Below are positions 11,361 to 16,933 of a DNA stretch of 16,933 nt, piece by piece. Source of the DNA: Ginkgo biloba (taxonomy: Eukaryota > Plantae > Ginkgophyta); the NCBI GenBank assembly GCA_024626585.2, contig JANKJI020000004.1:89692279-89709211 (forward strand), written 5' to 3'. Under the pieces are notes generated by a model. That model worked only from the letters and a program-made list of their open reading frames with translations, had not been told where the DNA came from and made no database searches. The number at the start of each line of letters is the position of its first letter. Position 1 is the stretch's first letter. Position numbers and translations under genes: made by a program.

Positions 11361-12125
11361 TGTTAGCAAGCATTGTGACACTATGAAACTAATTGTAAGC
11401 AATAGCATCCAATCAAGGGAAATCGTCACAATATCAATCTTCGTTCATAGCAATAGTGTTTGTTCACAATAAGCAAACTGTCATTGTTCGTTCGCAACCA
11501 AAAGACAATGTTCATTTGTAGTTACAAAGGACAGTGTTCGTTCATAGCTAGTCACAATGTTCGTTTGTAGTTACAAAGGTCAATGTTCATTCACAGTCAG
11601 TCACAATGTCGTTCACCCCAGTGTTCATTCATTTCAAGCAAACAAAGCTTACAAAGTTAACACAGCCAAAGTAGTGAAACTACTAAAATATTAACTACAT
11701 AGTTAGTTACGAAGTGTCACAATTAAGATAAGAAGGGTTGATACCCTTATTTAAAGGTGCACTTCAATGCCTATTTATGTGCAGCCATTATGGCATGAAG
11801 AGCATCAATCATAGATGAATCAATCATATCAGCAAGTAGTCATTCATTGTATATCAATCTGTAAACTATAGTTCATATGTGAATAATGTATTTCTTTTAC
11901 TAAATATTCAACTATGTGCACTTATGTAAATGGCACTATATTTCTATTCATGATTCTCATGAATGCATCTAGTTGATTCTATCCTAATGGTTAGCAACCT
12001 ACACCCCCCCAAAACTTAGAATGCAATATTGTTGATGAGAGCAACAAGACTACCATTCCATTCTTTAGGAACTGTCACCGACCCTTGGATGGCAATTTTA
12101 CCGTGAACTGTTTTCCCAATAAACA
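11361..12125 (+). mobile_element. Putative solo LTR, copy B (~765 bp)
   Basis: Termini TGTTAGCA...ATAAACA (TG..CA, TGTT/AACA inverted ends). Internal order is repeat array, TATA-like TATTTAAA/CTATTTAT (~11748-11778), then AT-rich tail. The right boundary is independently fixed by where homology to copy A stops. No TSD, PBS or PPT seen, so the left boundary is less certain. Confidence 0.55.
11439..11630. repeat. Array of ~9 CARTGTTCRTT-type motifs, including a 49-bp higher-order unit (starts 11506, 11555, 11604)
   Basis: CAATGTTCATTTGTAGTTACAAAGGA-CAGTGTTCGTTCATAGCTAGTCA / CAATGTTCGTTTGTAGTTACAAAGGT-CAATGTTCATTCACAGTCAGTCA / CAATGTCGTTC...; more degenerate copies at ~11439, 11454, 11482 and 11619. 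Confidence 0.85.
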
Positions 12126-12800
12126 TCGTCATCTAATAAAGCCTTTGTCCAAGGAAATAAGCCTTGGTTTTTCCAAAATGTAGGTCTCATTATCAAGGAC
12201 CGACACCCTTTGTTTAACCCCCAGAATCCTAGTCCTCTAAAAGTCCCAATCTAGGTTTGATTCCCCTTTCTTCTAGATGTGTTCTCAAGCATAAATAAGC
12301 TACAAGACCTGCGCAACCTTTTTAGCAAAGTTATACAAGTTTCACAAAGTACTCTTGGCACGCAAAACAACCAAAGTAGCCAAAGTATGCATTGAGATGG
12401 AATGAGGCACTCCTTTGCCAAAACAAAAATTCAAATAAAAGTATGTGGAACTATTTTCGAACAGGGGGTTGATTTTGAATGAGTTCCATTTGAAGTGTCA
12501 GCTCTATCATTTAGTTGGCCACCTTGCAAGAAATTGGAAGCAAGCCAAATTTGGCAATCCTCCTTCCAACAATGTCGTCGCCTCCCCCCAAGCTGCCAAA
12601 ATCAACCCCAGTCATAATCCCTCTCTTGCTCCATCCAAGCCTACAACTCCCAAATCCCTATAGATTTCACCTCCCCCCCCCCCACCTCATAAGGGGAATG
12701 GATTACAATTTCTAAGAAAAAAGAAGGCAAACCCAAGGGGAAGCCTATGGGCTTGCAGCCAACACCAACCCTATACCAACATCATATGCTTTCAACCCCC
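12126..12800 (+). mobile_element. LINE (L1-clade) ORF1 fragment, DUF4283-like region plus decayed zinc knuckle; pseudogenised
   Basis: From 12162: PWFFQNVGLIIKDRHPLFNPQNPSPLKVPI*V*FPFL...LQDLRNLL; then AKVCIEME*GTPLP...QGVDFE*VP and CQLYHLVGHLARNW (CX2CX4HX4C with two Cys lost). This matches plant LINE ORF1 PW....GL....W.P.FNP....PIWVRLP / ARICVE....PLP / Q..DYE..P..C..C...GH....C. Confidence 0.8.
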
Positions 12801-15567
12801 TTTGTGGCCTTCCTATAGGTCTAGGGGAAGATACTATGGAAGTAGAATTGGCCTCTCCATCTCCTATCTAGGGGAAGGTCCAAAAATTGTGGAAGAAGTA
12901 TAGCATACTTGAAGTTGTGTGTATACTTGTTTCTTGCCTCGACATGAGTTAGAATGGTATGCTCAATACAAGGAGCAACAAAATTTATATGTAGGGCCTA
13001 TGCAAGAAACAATTCATCTCTAACTTTTCCTATACGTCAAAGACGCCAATTTCAGATGCAATGCTCAAAAAAATTAAAAACTTATCAACTCATGATAAGA
13101 CCATTATACAAACATGTGTCAACTTGCATCGCACACCTTCGACTAAATATGTCGTGACAAAGAATATGCTAATTGAACCCCAACAAAAACATGTCGTCAA
13201 ATGCATGTATATATAGTGTATGTATGATCTAGATTATACCTCNNNNNNNNNNNNNNNNNNNNNNNNNNNNNNNNNNNNNNNNNNNNNNNNNNNNNNNNNN
13301 NNNNNNNNNNNNNNNNNNNNNNNNNNNNNNNNNNNNNNNNNNAGATGTTCTACCATCATTTTTACATTATATTATATCAAATAAATTACTGATACTGGAT
13401 GGTGCACCATGATTTATCCCAATGATCACATTTACTCCCTCATTTTTAATACTATTTCATACATGTTTTTACAATTCAAAAAAAATATTTTTGCATTTAA
13501 ATTTTTATTAATACTTAGAATGATCTAAATGTCAATATATGAAAGAAAACTACGTAGATCAGAATGTGAGTAATAGTAGACCAAAGGCAAGAGACAAAAA
13601 TTGCATCGTGGGTGAAATTATCAAAAGATTAAATAATTGGATAAGTATTTTGCATAAACACAAGCAGGAGCATCCTGCGAGAGAAGAATCGAGTATGAAG
13701 AAAATGTTAAGGTTTCCACTATTTGTAGTGGAAGATGAAGAGTAAGAACACAGTCTTGATAGATGCCCCATCTGCAAATGAATTTCAAGTGGGCACGCAC
13801 AGAGTGAAATGGTTGATGGAATGATTTCATCATCCTCAACATTCTCTATAGGTTATATTTATAATTGTTGATGTTTTGCATGGAACATATCATGGCCTTG
13901 TTGGTAGAGATGGGTCAACTTAAAGAGGAAAACAAAATACTATAAATGATTACATCATGGAAAACAAGTGATTATCTTAATCGACAAATTAACTATTTAT
14001 TGCCTGCGTTTATGATATTCAGTGACATGTAGAGTAAGCTCTGCGAGGAGTTTACCCACACTTAGAAATCATTTATTGTAACCTATTTATCCATTTTTTT
14101 CACAAGACCTGTATCTTTTAAATGTACAATTATTATTGGATTAAAAGATTGGTGTCAGTTCTGTTCGCCTTCTTTTGCATCTCTTTTAACAAAAGCATCT
14201 ACGTTTTCTCGGGAAGATCCTCCATCACCAACGGCAGTGCAAGAGAAACATTAGTAGGGCACATTGTAATGAAAATCCACAGTGTAATACAGAGGGCACA
14301 TTTTAGTTTCATTCAAAAGAAAAACTGACATGGAAGTGAAAAGGGAAAGTGATCAACTATGGTAGTAGGATTGACCATACAGGCTTTGTTGCGTACCATC
14401 GAATCAACTATATTCCTATCTAATTGATACGAATTTTTCAGCATTGTGTGTCTCAGGTTTGAGGATGTCTGGGGTGAACAGAATACTAATCAGATTGCCT
14501 TTCCTTTCACGGCATCGACAATTCAAATTGATGCCATCCTCTCATGAAATTTGGTCCCAAATAGAGCCTCAAAACATGCTTGTGGTATGAGATCTGGTTT
14601 TTGAAACGAAGAATTTTTAAGCATGTACAAAAATCAACCAACATTGGTATGTTGCCTTCTACAGATTTACGAGTCAATATGAAATTTTGTGAAGACAATC
14701 TAGGTGAATCAAGTAGTATGTGTCCTATGCGATTTGGGTTGGTTGTTGACGTCAATCCTTTGTCTCCCCTATTTTAGAACTGGTGAAGCAAAGATTGTGG
14801 GGATCAAGTTGTAGTGCCCATCAATAGTGTTGCCTTAATCACCTGTGCAAGCACACGAATTATAAGATTGCCGCTTCACAGATTAACAATTCTTACGCAT
14901 GTTGAAAGATCATAAGCACTAACTGAATGGTAATGCCCGTGGGTTATTCCGTTGACAGACAGTACTTGCAATCGCTTGGCATAGGAGCAATTTGCGGGTT
15001 GGTTGATATCGTTGTCCAAGAAGTAACAAATTTTACTAAGTGATGTTCTCGATGATTGATCCTCTCTTTGGCTAGCTAAGTCTTTTTTTCTAGGATCTTT
15101 TAAGACCACCCCAAGAGCAAAATTCAATTCTCATTTGTCATGAGGAGCAATGTAGAAACAAAAACTAGTCAAAAGAAATGAGAGAATAGAATTGTAATTT
15201 TGTTGATAGTGGGAAAGCCAAATCCAAGAAGGCGAAGTCCAAGGCAATAGTGGGAGTGCAATCACAAAACCTAATACTCCACCGAAGGACAAGGAAGAAA
15301 TATCGCAAGAACAAGCATTGAGTCATATAGTTGGAATAGAAATAGAACCTATAATTGAAGAACTAGGAAGCTCAAAATATCAGGATTTGGTAGAGGGAGA
15401 TCTCTAGGCTAATGTCTTCTGTAAGTTTCAATCTTTTAATAGTGTCTCTTTTAGAGAGGAGTTCATAGTGAGCAGTGAATTTGATACAAATGTTTTGCAA
15501 TAGTATCTCTGAGAACTATTCAGAACGCACAATGACAGGCATTCCACATCCACCAACTTAGGTATAT

Positions 15568-15800
15568 GTGGACACATCATTAGGTCCAATGGTTAATAAC
15601 GAAACTGGTGATCCAGTAGATCACCTTGCTCTCTTCCTGAATATGATTGAAATTCAAGGAATTTCGTACGAAGAGCAAATTAAGAAGCGACTCTTTCAAA
15701 CATTACGTGGTACCATCTTAGCATGGAATACTTGCATGGCTACCACAATCAAGCAATGGTCAAATTAGCACTCTTCTTTTCTAGATCATTTCCAATGGCA
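15568..15800 (+). mobile_element. Ty3/gypsy gag (Retrotrans_gag-like) fragment; the decayed element probably extends over ~15140-16800
   Basis: TGDPVDHLALFLNMIEIQGISYEEQIKKRLFQTLRGTILAWNTCMATTIKQWSN*HSSFLDHF matches the gag pattern G.DP..HL..F......GI......RLF..TL.G.A..W......I..W..L...FL..F. Confidence 0.7.
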
Positions 15801-16933
15801 ACCATTACTATTTTGAAAGCCTTGCGAGAGATTCTACAAGGTCAATATGAATGAGTTCAAGATTTGGTGTGCATGTACAAATGTTTGTCTCTAAGATGGA
15901 TAAGAATACAACCTATTTCTAAACTCGCTACGAGAATCTGGTCAACAATACTTCAATAACAGTTGCAATGATGTGATATTTGTCATACGACTTCTCACAA
16001 TACAATGAATTGTTGATACAATATAAGGAATCAAGACTTTAACAATCTTAGGCGTGGTCCTCATGGTGGACAATCATGCAACATGTATTATAAGAAAGTT
16101 CCCCGAGATGGTGAGACAAGTCATGGATCGGGGTATAAGAAGTATGAGGCAAAGACCAAAAGTATCTATCATGTGTTTTGTCTTGACTAGGCACATTGGT
16201 AAAAGAATGTTCCCATTGGAAAATTTAGGAATCACCCCATCTATCAAAAACGTGGACCTATTGATTATGAGTATGAAGATGGCCCTCAAAAGCGAGATTA
16301 GAATAAGCATGCCAATGTCTTAACATTCAGTGTCGATGCTAATTAGGCGGATGATGAAGAGACACCTTGACCAATGAACTATCAAAGGCAATGTTGGACA
16401 CAACCTGAGACCAATTATCCTAATCCTCGAATGGAAAAGAAACACTTCCAACAAGAAATAGCAACAATATAAGCCATTGATGCACAACAATTATTGGCCC
16501 CAAAGTCTTATAATCTAATTAGCAAGCAACGACACAAACTCAAAAGATGGCTTAGGTTCCTAAATCCAACACTTCTAGAGCAACAAAAGAGATGATTATT
16601 GATGATGGCAATCAAAGGTTGCATTGGATTGTTAAGCATAAGAAAAAGTTATCCATTGTAAATGTTAGAATTTGGTATGCATGTAACTGAGGAAATCGAT
16701 TAACTATAGTAGAAATCACAAGTAATTACTGAGAACATTCGACACACAAATGTTGGGTACTATGTACCCTTAAAACTTAGATGATCTGTTCACAAAGAAT
16801 ATAGTACAATCTATAGAGCTTCTAATGAGCTCATGGATGCCATATGTACAACATGCACAAGCTTGCCAAATTAGCAAAAAGCAAAAGCTGAAGTAAACTA
16901 AAGCAAAAGCTAGACAACTTAACTTGCCATATA

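Larger units (their letters stand above)
1009..13342. other. 14 assembly gaps (N runs)
   Basis: Exactly 100 N at 3161, 5639, 7052, 8495, 9774, 11120 and 13243. Others: ~607 N (1009), 23 (2385), 23 (4335), 10 (6019), 15 (6249), 22 (10113), 54 (10365). Confidence 0.95.

Noticed and set aside
11439-11630. CRISPR-like repeat/spacer appearance
   Set aside because: Repeats are short and degenerate, spacers are themselves duplicated, the context is eukaryotic, and there are no cas genes.
12001-12014. Minus-strand G7 followed by TGTAGG as a PPT plus LTR start
   Set aside because: Homology with copy A continues ~120 bp past this point to 12125, so it is internal to the repeat.
13714-13733. Hairpin TTCCACTA-TTTG-TAGTGGAA
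   Set aside because: Chance-level 8-bp stem with no supporting context.
14583-14592. TGGTATGAGA as a tRNA-Met primer binding site
   Set aside because: It mismatches TGGTATCAGA and does not directly follow an LTR-ending CA.
13539-15127. Several 65-83 aa ORFs on both strands
   Set aside because: No recognisable motifs or consistent splice structure; lengths are at background level.

Overview
This is AT-rich eukaryotic DNA from a land plant, probably a large-genome gymnosperm (inferred from the protein and retroelement types). The assembly is fragmented, with 14 N-gaps, seven of exactly 100 N. The one clear host gene is a minus-strand mitochondrial inner membrane protease subunit 2 (IMP2/IMMP2L-like, peptidase S26): complement(join(2184..2291,2471..2636,2805..3043)), 170 aa, with the Ser38/Lys91 dyad intact. 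A branch point and 3' acceptor 42 nt upstream of the ATG imply a 5'UTR intron, and the leader carries a 4-codon uORF. The rest is a patchwork of decayed retroelement pieces: three Ty3/gypsy pol fragments from apparently different lineages, a gag fragment, a LINE ORF1 fragment and LTR-like sequence. The most notable structure is a diverged ~330-bp inverted repeat (10794-11119 vs 11782-12125), formed by two oppositely oriented copies of one LTR-like repeat. I found no well-supported new biological system; the best leads are regulatory or structural.
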